Shown piece by piece: positions 1 to 8,630 of a stretch of 64,000 nt of DNA. The translations under genes were made by a program, and so were the position numbers. Position 1 is the stretch's first letter; each line of letters opens with the position of its first letter. Below the pieces are notes generated by a model that saw only the letters and a list, made by a program, of their open reading frames with translations, did not search any database and was not told the origin of the DNA. The DNA is from a bacterium (GTDB lineage Bacteria > Desulfobacterota > DSWW01): NCBI GenBank assembly GCA_040756235.1, contig JBFLZG010000154.1, positions 35,046-99,045 of the forward strand, read 5' to 3'.

Positions 1-164
1 GAGCGGGCGGGATCGGTCTCCAGCAGAAGGAAGTCCGCCGCTATGTTCACCTGGGCGAAGGAGTCCCGGAGTTCCTCGATGAGCCCCGCGGCGGAATCAG
101 ACTCTCGCGAGTGCGTTTCCTGTGTGAACGGGGTAAAGCCCATCTCGTGCGTGCGCGTTGCCAT
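1..164 (-). CDS. Hypothetical protein, N-terminal part (runs off window edge)
   Basis: Manual translation from the ATG at 164 gives MATRTHEMGFTPFTQETHSRESDSAAGLIEELRDSFAQVNIAADFLLLETDPAR..., open to position 1. A sigma54 motif lies upstream. Confidence 0.55.
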   Translation of the reverse strand, partial: MATRTHEMGFTPFTQETHSRESDSAAGLIEELRDSFAQVNIAADFLLLETDPAR

Positions 165-233
165 GGCGAGTCTGAACCTCCGGGACAAGTCCGTTCTTGA
201 AGAGAACCGGGGGGTGAGCAATTTTGTACTGGG

Positions 234-249
234 AGCAAGGCCTGTGCCA
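234..249 (-). promoter_or_regulatory. Sigma54 (-24/-12) promoter
   Basis: Minus strand reads TGGCAC-AGGCC-TTGCT, a match to TGGCAC-N5-TTGCW, about 70 bp upstream of the ATG at 164. Confidence 0.75.
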
Positions 250-380
250 GGAACGAAACTCCGGGCAAGGCGCGCCGGCCGAGAAGGTAAGTTGTCGAGC
301 TAAAAAGGAAAGGAGGCGCTGCTGCAAGCGCCCCTGGAAAAAAGAGGCGGTCGACGGGGCCGGTGACGAGTGACGGGGAC

Positions 381-414
381 TGTCACAAATTTGACGTAAT
401 GACGGAAAGCGTCA
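381..414. promoter_or_regulatory. Putative tandem enhancer (bEBP UAS) sites
   Basis: Two adjacent imperfect palindromes, TGTCAcaaattTGACG and TGACGgaaagCGTCA, about 130-165 bp upstream of the sigma54 motif. Confidence 0.45.
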
Positions 415-600
415 CTTGCCGCGCCCTGTGCCGCGGACGGGGCGGCGCGGGCGGCGGGCGTGGTTGTCGGAGAGGATGAAGACGATATTGGGCGGCTGCG
501 GGCCGGCGCGAGCGGGCAGCAGAGCACCGGAGCCGAGTAGGAAGCCAGCAGCCAGGCCGGTCCGGATCACGGCCCTTCTTGAAACCTGCAAGCACGGCAT
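412..600 (-). pseudogene. Truncated Tat-exported sulfatase (N-terminal remnant)
   Basis: Twin-arginine signal (VSRRAVI...PARA) followed by PNIVFILSDNH, the typical sulfatase N-terminal motif. The sequence then becomes unrelated and stops at 62 aa. Confidence 0.65.
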
Positions 601-720
601 GGCCCGGATTCACCTCAGGGGAAATGGGTCCTCGGGTCCTCGCGGCGCACCATACGAATGTGTGATAGATCGCGTCAACGGTTCGAGCACGGCCGCCTGC
701 CGCTCGCGTTTCGCGGATCT

Positions 721-1524
721 CTACTTCCCCTTGTACTGGGGTTTTCTCTTCTGCTTGAATGCCCGGGGGCCTTCCTGGGCGTCTTCGGTCATGAACACGG
801 GCATCCCGATTTCCAGCTCCTTGGCGAGCCCTTCCCGCAGGGTCAGGCCGATCGACTGGAGCACGGCTTTCTTCAAGGCGACGACCGCGAGAGGGCCGTT
901 CTCCGCGATGATCCGCGCAAATCTCTCGGCCTCCTCCATGACCTTTTCTCTCGGCACCACGCGGTTGACAAATCCCAGACGATAGGCCTCGTCGGCGTCC
1001 ATCAGCTCCCCACTGAGCAGGATCTCCATGGTCCGGGCATAGGGGAGCTGTCGCGGCAGCTTGACGGTCGAGCCGGTCATCGGGAAGATCGCCCACTTGA
1101 CCTCCTGGAGGCCGAACTTCGCGCCCTCGGCCGCGATGCGGATATCCGTGGAATAGAGAAGCTCCATCCCTCCGGCAATGGCGTGCCCGTTGATGGCGGC
1201 GATGACCGGCTTGTAGAGCTCGAAATCGCGCAGCAGCGCCTTGCTGGCGATGGTCGCGTCCGCCGCGACGGCCTTGTCGGCTTCGGTCTCCGGCTTCTTG
1301 GCACCGGTGAACAGGGGAATCAGCTTGCCCAGATCCGCCCCGGCGCAGAAGGCCTTGTCCCCGGCCCCGGTGATGATGGCGCAGCGCATCGCGGCGTCAT
1401 CCCGATAGTCCTGCCACGCCGCGATCAGCTCGAGAATGGTCTCCGGGTCGAGCGAGTTCCGAGCCTCGGGCCGGTTGAGGGTCAGATAGGCGATCCCATC
1501 CTTCTTTTCGTAGATCAGGGCCAT
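721..1524 (-). CDS. Enoyl-CoA hydratase/isomerase (crotonase) family protein
   Basis: LNRPEARNSL, AFCAGADL, KPVIAAINGHAIAGGMEL and FGLQEV motifs; AGGAGG RBS. Confidence 0.93.
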   Translation of the reverse strand: MALIYEKKDGIAYLTLNRPEARNSLDPETILELIAAWQDYRDDAAMRCAIITGAGDKAFCAGADLGKLIPLFTGAKKPETEADKAVAADATIASKALLRDFELYKPVIAAINGHAIAGGMELLYSTDIRIAAEGAKFGLQEVKWAIFPMTGSTVKLPRQLPYARTMEILLSGELMDADEAYRLGFVNRVVPREKVMEEAERFARIIAENGPLAVVALKKAVLQSIGLTLREGLAKELEIGMPVFMTEDAQEGPRAFKQKRKPQYKGK

Positions 1525-1653
1525 CTCATTCCTCCTTGCGCGTCGCTGTTACGGGAGTCTCCTCGGAAGGGGGAGAACGCTTCGGGATGGTGCCGGAAGA
1601 TCGCGAGCTCGAGACAAAGGCCTTTCCGACAATACTCTCCTCCGGCCCTTGGC

Positions 1654-3345
1654 TCAAGGGCATCCCCTTTCCCCCAGCCCGAAGACGTAAGGGCATGCGT
1701 CGGAGGAGGGATCCTCCATGAATCGAATCGTCAGGTCCCCCTCATCGTCCCCGGGCTCTTCCGAGTAGGCGAACAGAGCGGGGTCGCACAGGCCGTCCTG
1801 GTCCGAATCCGGGACCCCCTTCACGGACCCGTCCTGACAGGTCCCGTGCACGGCAGGGAGGTTGTCCACCAGGTCCGGGACTCCGTCCGCGTCCCAGTCG
1901 TAGCGGTCCGTGATGCCCCGGGCAAAGCGGAACCGAGCCGCATCTGGCAGGCCGTCCAGATCGGCGTCATAGGTGGCAGGATTTGAAAAATCGACCCCGC
2001 CCGGTATGTCACACCCGAACCGCGAGAAGTAGAACCACTCCTTCTCCTGGACGTACTCGATCTGCTGCGGTCTCTTGTACAGGTAGAAGGGCCTGGCGAA
2101 CGCCCCTTGCGACGACTCGTAGCGGATGAGCAGCCTCGTGATCGCCGGCAAGGACTTCGCATCCAGCGCCAGCTGGTTACCGTCGACCCGTCTCGTGTCC
2201 GCCTTCCGAAATCGGACGAGCCCGTCGATGCTCGTGGCGCCGCAGATCTCGACTCCTCTGACCATGGTTCCCGGCTCGATCCGGACCGTGACCCGGTCCT
2301 GGTCCACGATCGCTCTTGATTTCCCCGGCTCGAGGTTGGTGTGCACCTGGATGGCCTCCCCGGCGCAGAGATCGAGAAGGTCCGGGATGCCGTCCCGATC
2401 GGTGTCGGGCTGGCCGGACGATCCGTACGGTGTGAACGGGTAGTCGTCCTCGCCGTCCCCGATGCCGTCCTGATCGGAATCGAGGCAGCTCACGTCGTAA
2501 CTGTTCTGGCAGACGTAGCCTCCCGCGCCCGCACAGACGAACCCGTCGTGGTCCGGGCACCGCTGCTCGATGGCGCTTCTCGGCAGGAGCCCGAGCACCC
2601 TCATGATATGGGGATCGAAAATCATTCGATGTCGATCTCCGAAGTTCGTGAACGGAACGACTTCCGTGTTCGGAAGGCCGATGTTCCATTCGAGGAGGCG
2701 CGTCGGCCGGTTCTCCCGCGAGACGTGATGATATCCGAAGCCGTGAAGGATCTTGTGAATCGTCAGAGCTACGGCCGGCCCGTCCTCCTCCTGATTGGAA
2801 GGGTTCAGGAAGGTCTCGAGACACAAGTACTTCCTGTCGTGATGACTGTACCCGATGCTGGGGCCGTCCGTGCACCAGGGGGCGTAATCCTGCGACGGCG
2901 GCGTGAAGATCAGGATATCGTAGGAGAGGCCCTTTCCTGCATAGTACTCTTCAAGGTCCGTGATCCAGCCGTAGACGGACCTCGTGGAGTAGTCCAGACG
3001 GTCGTCGCCCAGCTCGCTCACGTGGACGAGGCTCAGGACGGGCGAGATCCGGATCCTGCCCAGGGACTCGCTTTCCAGGACGGATTCGAGCAACCGCAGC
3101 CGCCTCACGAATGACTCTCGGGCCGGCACGGTTGTGGGCCCGTCTTCGTAAAGCACGGCGTGAAGAACGGTGAAATCGTAAGACCGGGCGGAACCTTCCG
3201 GAAGAGCCGAACGTATGGAGGGCAGGCCTTGCCCCGGGGCGGGCGCCTTGGGCCTGCGCGAGACCACAGCGACTGTCGCCAGCGCGCCTGTCAGCAGCAG
3301 GAGGCACACAAGGTAGACTCCTCGTCGAACCGCATGTCTCTGCAT
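1654..3345 (-). CDS. Membrane-anchored/exported protein with metzincin-like motif (HKxxHxxGxxH) and DxDxDG (TSP3-like) Ca-binding repeats
   Basis: N-terminal hydrophobic helix; HKILHGFGYHH; repeats DSDQDGIGD, DTDRDGIPD, DADLDGLPD, DWDADGVPD and DSDQDGLCD. Start moved to the ATG at 3345. Confidence 0.75.
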   Translation of the reverse strand: MQRHAVRRGVYLVCLLLLTGALATVAVVSRRPKAPAPGQGLPSIRSALPEGSARSYDFTVLHAVLYEDGPTTVPARESFVRRLRLLESVLESESLGRIRISPVLSLVHVSELGDDRLDYSTRSVYGWITDLEEYYAGKGLSYDILIFTPPSQDYAPWCTDGPSIGYSHHDRKYLCLETFLNPSNQEEDGPAVALTIHKILHGFGYHHVSRENRPTRLLEWNIGLPNTEVVPFTNFGDRHRMIFDPHIMRVLGLLPRSAIEQRCPDHDGFVCAGAGGYVCQNSYDVSCLDSDQDGIGDGEDDYPFTPYGSSGQPDTDRDGIPDLLDLCAGEAIQVHTNLEPGKSRAIVDQDRVTVRIEPGTMVRGVEICGATSIDGLVRFRKADTRRVDGNQLALDAKSLPAITRLLIRYESSQGAFARPFYLYKRPQQIEYVQEKEWFYFSRFGCDIPGGVDFSNPATYDADLDGLPDAARFRFARGITDRYDWDADGVPDLVDNLPAVHGTCQDGSVKGVPDSDQDGLCDPALFAYSEEPGDDEGDLTIRFMEDPSSDACPYVFGLGERGCP

Positions 3346-3501
3346 CACAGACTCCGACCGGATTTGTTGTCTTGTTGTAAGGAGGGCCGTTCTCAGGCAG
3401 GGGTGGAGCATGATCCCTGGGGGCCGGCCAAGAATTCGGCTCCTGGTTCTCTTTTCGGAAGGAAAGGAGGCTCGACTTTACAGAGCTGCTGGGTCGGGGA
3501 A

Positions 3502-3647
3502 GGGCGGCGCAAGCGTCGCCCCGACAAGTCGTCATTCCGGCGCAGGCCGGAATCCGGTCCCTGCTCCAAAATAGTACCGCTGGATTCGGTGCACCCTTCC
3601 GGATCCCGGCTCTCACGCGCTTCGCAGGTGGGCCGGGATGACGAACA
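3502..3647. repeat. Composite REP/RPE-like palindromic repeat cluster
   Basis: GGGCGGCGcaagCGTCGCCCCGAC hairpin, plus GTCATTCCGGCGCAGGCCGGAATCC...GGATCCCGGCTC...GGGCCGGGATGACGAACA. The latter recurs at 29880-29985 and partly at 37231-37274. Confidence 0.8.
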
Positions 3648-3655
3648 CCGGGCGG

Positions 3656-5158
3656 TCATTCGCCCGGCGCCATGTCCGGCAGCATGGAGCCGTGCTCCAT
3701 GAAGTTGCGATGCAGCTCGAAGCACTTGGTGAGGTCGTGGCGGTAGTGGCCCATGGGGCAGTCCTCAAGGTAGTTGCGGAGGTAGTCGCGGTAGGCGGGA
3801 TGGGCGCAGCAGTCGACGATCGCCATGGCCCTTTCGATGGGCCCCAGTCCCCTAAGGTCGGCCAACCCCTGTTCCGTCGCGACGACCTGCACGGAGTGCT
3901 CGTTGTTGTCGACGTGAGAGCACATCGGTACGATCGTGGAGATCCTGCCCTCGCGGGCCGTCGAAGGGCACACGACGATCGAGAGGTAGCTGTTGCGGTT
4001 GAAATCGCCGCTCCCGCCCGTCCCGTTTATGATCTTCGTGCCGAAAACGTGTGTGGAGTTCATGTTCCCGTAGATGTCGACTTCCACGGCCGTGTTCATG
4101 GCGATGACCCCCAGCCGGCGGATGATGCCGGGGTTGTTCGACAGCTCCTGGGGCCTGAGCACGATGCGGGGCGCAAAGAAGTCCATGTTGTCGTACATGT
4201 GCTCGAGCTGGCCCGACGTGACCGTCAGGCTGGTCGCGCTCGCCCCCGTGAGCTTGCCCTTCTCCATCAGCCCCACAAGCGAGTCCTGAAAGACCTCGGA
4301 ATACATCTCGAAGGGCGGGATGTCCGGGTCCTCGCCCAGCCTCGCCGTGACGGCGTTGGCCACGTTGCCGACGCCGGCCTGAACGGGCAGGAACTCCCCG
4401 GGGATCCGGCCCGACCTCATCTCCTTGAGCAGAAAGCGGACCACGTGCGCGGCGATCCGGCTCGAAGTCTGATCGGGCGGGGAAAAGCCCTGGACGTGGT
4501 CCGGCTCCTCGTGCTCCACGATCCCCGCGACCTTGGCCGGATCCACGGTCGCGTAGGGCCAGCCGATCCGCGTCAGGGGCTCGTGGATCGGAATCGGATT
4601 GCGGTTGGGAGGCGGCGGCAGGATCAGGATGTCCGCCATCTCCCGGGTGCGCATGGAGTGATACCGGTTGATCTCGATGATCACCTTGTCCGCGTGGCGC
4701 AGGAAGGTGGGGCTGGCGCCGATGGAGGTGGTCAGGTAGACGCGGCCGTCCGGAGTGATCTCGGTTGCCTCGATCACCGCGAAGTGGATGGGGCCCAGAA
4801 ACCCGAAGGACACGTACTGGGGCACGTGCGAGAGATGCATGTCCAGGAATTCCACTTCCTGGTTGTTGATCTGCGCGCGCAAGGCCGGCGAAGACTGGTA
4901 CGGGGTGCGCCAGGAGATCGCTTTTTCCCTGGCCAGCAGCTCGTCGATCGTATCCCCCGTGGACGCTCCCGTGAGCACGCGCAGCTGGTAGGGGTCGCCC
5001 TGTGCGTGAATCCGGTTTGCCCGGGCGGCCAGCGCCCTGGGCACGGCCTTGGCCGCTCCTGCCGGCGTGAACCCGCTGAAGGCCACGGTCGCCCCGTCCG
5101 GGATCATCTCGGCGGCCTCTTCCGCTGTGAGTTTCCGGTATCCGTTTCGAATGGGCAT
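3656..5158 (-). CDS. Acetyl-CoA hydrolase/succinate CoA-transferase family protein
   Basis: FSGFTPAGAAKAVP, TGASTG, QAGVGNVANA, EVDIYGNMNSTH and NGTGGSGDF motifs; start MPIRNG with RBS. Confidence 0.92.
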   Translation of the reverse strand: MPIRNGYRKLTAEEAAEMIPDGATVAFSGFTPAGAAKAVPRALAARANRIHAQGDPYQLRVLTGASTGDTIDELLAREKAISWRTPYQSSPALRAQINNQEVEFLDMHLSHVPQYVSFGFLGPIHFAVIEATEITPDGRVYLTTSIGASPTFLRHADKVIIEINRYHSMRTREMADILILPPPPNRNPIPIHEPLTRIGWPYATVDPAKVAGIVEHEEPDHVQGFSPPDQTSSRIAAHVVRFLLKEMRSGRIPGEFLPVQAGVGNVANAVTARLGEDPDIPPFEMYSEVFQDSLVGLMEKGKLTGASATSLTVTSGQLEHMYDNMDFFAPRIVLRPQELSNNPGIIRRLGVIAMNTAVEVDIYGNMNSTHVFGTKIINGTGGSGDFNRNSYLSIVVCPSTAREGRISTIVPMCSHVDNNEHSVQVVATEQGLADLRGLGPIERAMAIVDCCAHPAYRDYLRNYLEDCPMGHYRHDLTKCFELHRNFMEHGSMLPDMAPGE

Positions 5159-5474
5159 CTCTCGTCTCCTGCGCAGACCTGTCCTCCCCCTCCCTTCTTC
5201 TTGGATGACTTGCCGCAAGGGGAGGTTGGTGCGGGGGTGCGTCGGAGGGCCTTGCGAATGAGCACGGCCTCCGGCCGGATTTGCCGCCCGCACTTGTTGT
5301 CCGGGCGCGCGCTGGTGACGAACAGGTCCGAGGGAGCAGAACCGGCGCGCTGGCGCCGGTGCAGAAGGAAGGCGCGGGCGCGGGCCCGCTTCTCCTGAAA
5401 GCGGATGGAGCCGGACGCGGAAGTCCCCCCGAGAGACTCTGACGCGTATGCTTTCCGCCGTCCCGACTCTAACT

Positions 5475-5601
5475 AGAGCCTGTCCCAAAACGCCCATCTG
5501 CGGCGTTGCGCTCATCCCTCGTCATTGCGGCGTACCGAAATGTACGCCTCATTCCTCGGGATTTCGCGCGCCTTGCATCTAGGCATTTTTGAACAGGCTC
5601 T
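5475..5601. repeat. About 125-bp structured MITE-like intergenic repeat (copy 1)
   Basis: TIR AGAGCCTGT...ACAGGCTCT with internal GGCGTAC-N-GTACGCC hairpin. Its reverse complement aligns by eye to 20430-20554. Confidence 0.85.
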
Positions 5602-5671
5602 CAAGATAGTCCTTGTGGGACAAGCTCTAACTAACGCGCAAGGATCGGAACAGGCTCTTGCGAGCCGACGC

Positions 5672-6085
5672 CTACCACAGAGGCAGGCCGGTGTCGGGAT
5701 CCCGCAGGGGTACAAGAACATTCGAAAGGGTGACCGACATGGCGATATTCCGCTCGATGTCGCCGAAGTCCACCGTGAACCCGCTCACCTCGATCCAGTC
5801 GCCGACCGCCGGCCTTTCCACGCCCAGATCGTCCCAGTAGCTTCTTGGCCCGATGCCGTAAACCGTGACGTTGCCGGCGTCCGTGGCGATGACCAGGCCG
5901 CCGCCTGCGGAGCCGGTGCTCGCGACCAGTCCCGCGTAAGTGAAGGGTTGACCGCCGAGCACATCGTGCAGAGGCCCCGAGCCGTCCCCCGCACCGTAAC
6001 CATTTGCCGCCAGGCTCGCCCCTGCGGCCAGCAGGACGCCGGCGATGATGACACAGCCCACCGCGATGAAGTCTTTCCGAGGCAT
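5672..6085 (-). CDS. Small exported hypothetical protein (probable OB-fold)
   Basis: Signal peptide MPRKDFIAVG...ASLA; GPRSYW...VGDWIEVSG...LRDPDTGLPLW pattern; good RBS. Confidence 0.75.
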   Translation of the reverse strand: MPRKDFIAVGCVIIAGVLLAAGASLAANGYGAGDGSGPLHDVLGGQPFTYAGLVASTGSAGGGLVIATDAGNVTVYGIGPRSYWDDLGVERPAVGDWIEVSGFTVDFGDIERNIAMSVTLSNVLVPLRDPDTGLPLW

Positions 6086-6210
6086 TCTCTTCTCCTTTCT
6101 TGGGTCTTCGGTCAAAACCGGCTGCCGGCCCTTGCGCGTGCAGCCAGAGCCCTCGGGGGGACTCCCGGACCGCCTGCACGTACATGCGGCTGCCCGGCCC
6201 CACCCCTCGG

Positions 6211-6226
6211 ATCAATTCCTGTGCCA
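6211..6226 (-). promoter_or_regulatory. Sigma54-like promoter with variant -12
   Basis: Minus strand TGGCAC-AGGAA-TTGAT, about 125 bp upstream of the ATG at 6085. Confidence 0.4.
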
Positions 6227-6451
6227 AGGGTCAAAGCCTTGCGGCCGTGCGGTTTCCCAGGCGGGCGGGTGGCGGCGGAGTGTAAATCCTGCAGGAGGCC
6301 GGTGCAGAATCTGCGCCCTTTCGTCATGATCCGCAGGACACGGCAGGATTCGCGCTGGAGGGCGGCTCCTCGGGCCCCGGACGCCATGCGGATTCCCGCG
6401 GCGCCCTCGCGTCTTCACAGGGCGTGCGGGAGGACGGCCGGGGGCCGGGCT

Positions 6452-8620
6452 TCAGCTCTTCCCCTCCTTGGATATCCTGCAGAGGAAGCACTTCCAGGGC
6501 TCGGAGCCCCAGATGGGGTCGGCCGGCGCGGGGTCGAGCAGGAGACTGGCGCTCGACTCCTTCCAGCCATATTCCGGAGGCTCCCGCTCGGGGAACCACC
6601 AGGCGTGCTGGATGGAGACCACCCGCGGATCGATGCCGGCGGTGAGTCGTGCGCGCTGGCGGATGGCGCCGCGCGGAGAGGCGATCCGCACCCAGTCGCC
6701 GTCACGGACGCCGAGCCGGGCGGCCGTGTCCGGGTGGATCTCGACGAGCGGATCGGGGTTTCGCCGCCGCTGCGAGGCGAGCTGTCGGTGCTCGGAGTGG
6801 AAAAAGGGCTCGATCTTGGCGCCGGCCAGGGCGATGAGGGGATACCGTTCGTAGAGCTCCGGCGTGCTCGAAGGGCTCTCGGGCGGCTCGCGGTAATCCG
6901 GCAGCGGGTCGCAGCCCAAGGCCTCCAGAGCGCTCGATGCGATCTCGAGCTTGCCGGACGGCGTGGGAAACCCTTCGGTCTCGTGCTTCCGATACCGCAT
7001 CTCGCCCGGCAGCAGGCCCGCTCTTGCGAACGCACCGAAGTCCATGCCGGCGCCGCTCAGGACGAAATCGCACCACTCCCGCACGTTCTTCCACGGGAAG
7101 CAGTCCTCCAGCCCCAGGCGGCGGGCGAGCTCCAGGAAGATCTCCTTGTCGTCCCGGCACTCGCCGATCCGGGCGACTTTGCGCCGGGCGGCGACGCACC
7201 AGATGAAGTGCAGGTCGGCGACGTCGTCCTGCTCGAGCCAGGATGCGGCCGGCAGCACGATGTCCGCGAGCTGCGCGGTCGGCGTCATGAAGAGGTCGAC
7301 GGCGGCGGAGAAGTCGATCTTCCGCAGGGCCGCTTCTCCCTTGAGCGGATCGCTCGCCGTGAGCAGCGGATTCGTGCCCACCAGGAGGAGCGCTTTCATC
7401 GGATAGGGCCTGCCGGTGAGGACCGCGTCGTAGAACACCGAGTGCCGCACGCCGGGGTTCAGGGGAATGGACTCGCCGGCGCCGAGCTTCCTCGCTGCGA
7501 CTTGCGGCGCGAGCCGCTCGGGCAGGATGTTCTCGATCGCCGCAAAAGGCGAGGTCTGATAGACGCCGCCCGGGGGCACCCAGAACACGTCGCCGCCCGG
7601 CACGTCGATGTTGCCGGTCAGAGCGCGCAGGATCATGAGGGCCCTGGCGGTCTGGAAGCAGTTGGGCCCCTGGTCGATGCCGTTGCCCCAGAGGAGGCAG
7701 GCGGGCCTGGAGGCGGCGTAGAGGCGCGCGATCGCGCGGATCGTCTCTTCGGGGACCCAGGTGATCGCGGCCGCCCGCTCGGGAGGATACTCCTTGATTC
7801 TCTCGACGAGCCGATCGAACCCGGTGGTGTGCTTTTCCACGAACTCCCGGTCATGGAGCCGCTCCTCGACGAGGACGTGGAGCACGGCCAGCGCGAGGGC
7901 CGCGTCGGTGCCGGGCCGGACCTGTGCCCAGAGGTCGGCCCTGGAAGCCAGCCGCGTCTTGCGCGGGTCGACGACCACGAGCCTGGCTCCCTCCCGCAGG
8001 GCCAGGGTGACCTGATGGCCGCACAGGCCGTCGGCCGCACCGGTCTCCGGGATGTTGCAGCCCCAGACGAGGACGCACTTTGGGCGGTCGCCGCCGAAGC
8101 CGTAGAAGTCGCAGACCGGAAGCGGCATTCTGCCGCAGGTCAGGGCCGAGGCCAGGATCCGGGGCAGGTAGCAGACGTGGCTGTAGCTCACGACGTTGGG
8201 AGTGCCGAACGCGTTGGCGAAGCGGGCGGCGTAGAACATGTAGGGCCGGCCCGTCCCGAGCGCGATCGCCACCGACTCGGGCCCATGCGCTCGCCGAGCC
8301 TCCATGAGCCTGCCGGCCACCGTGTCCAGCGCTTCTTCCCAGCCGATGCGCTCCCAGCGGTTCTCGCCCCTGGCGCCCGCCCGCTTCAGCGGGTAGCGCA
8401 GCCGGTCCGGATGATAGAGAAGCTCCACCGAGGCCCGCCCCTTCGAGCAGATATAGCCCCGGCTCATGGGGTGGTCCGGGTCGCCGTTCACCTTCACCAC
8501 CTTGCCGTCCTCGAGGCGTACCTTCACGCCGCAGACGCCGTGGCACATGCGGCAGACCGACTTGACGACCGATCGCGCCTTCCCGGAATCTACAGCATGA
8601 CTGTGCTTCCCGCGGCTCAT
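6452..8620 (-). CDS. Mo/W-bis-PGD oxidoreductase, acetylene hydratase-like subfamily
   Basis: CRMCHGVC...ICSKG [4Fe-4S] motif, DRLRYPLKR, a Cys metal ligand in SHVC, PGTDAAL, TPTAQLADIVLPAASWLE, PTPSGKLE and C-terminal IHPDTA. No Tat signal. Confidence 0.9.
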   Translation of the reverse strand: MSRGKHSHAVDSGKARSVVKSVCRMCHGVCGVKVRLEDGKVVKVNGDPDHPMSRGYICSKGRASVELLYHPDRLRYPLKRAGARGENRWERIGWEEALDTVAGRLMEARRAHGPESVAIALGTGRPYMFYAARFANAFGTPNVVSYSHVCYLPRILASALTCGRMPLPVCDFYGFGGDRPKCVLVWGCNIPETGAADGLCGHQVTLALREGARLVVVDPRKTRLASRADLWAQVRPGTDAALALAVLHVLVEERLHDREFVEKHTTGFDRLVERIKEYPPERAAAITWVPEETIRAIARLYAASRPACLLWGNGIDQGPNCFQTARALMILRALTGNIDVPGGDVFWVPPGGVYQTSPFAAIENILPERLAPQVAARKLGAGESIPLNPGVRHSVFYDAVLTGRPYPMKALLLVGTNPLLTASDPLKGEAALRKIDFSAAVDLFMTPTAQLADIVLPAASWLEQDDVADLHFIWCVAARRKVARIGECRDDKEIFLELARRLGLEDCFPWKNVREWCDFVLSGAGMDFGAFARAGLLPGEMRYRKHETEGFPTPSGKLEIASSALEALGCDPLPDYREPPESPSSTPELYERYPLIALAGAKIEPFFHSEHRQLASQRRRNPDPLVEIHPDTAARLGVRDGDWVRIASPRGAIRQRARLTAGIDPRVVSIQHAWWFPEREPPEYGWKESSASLLLDPAPADPIWGSEPWKCFLCRISKEGKS

Positions 8621-8630
8621 CGCATTCCCT

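Noticed and set aside
6452..8620. Calling the Mo/W enzyme a true acetylene hydratase
   Set aside because: The residue equivalent to catalytic Asp13 is His, so only a family-level call is supported.
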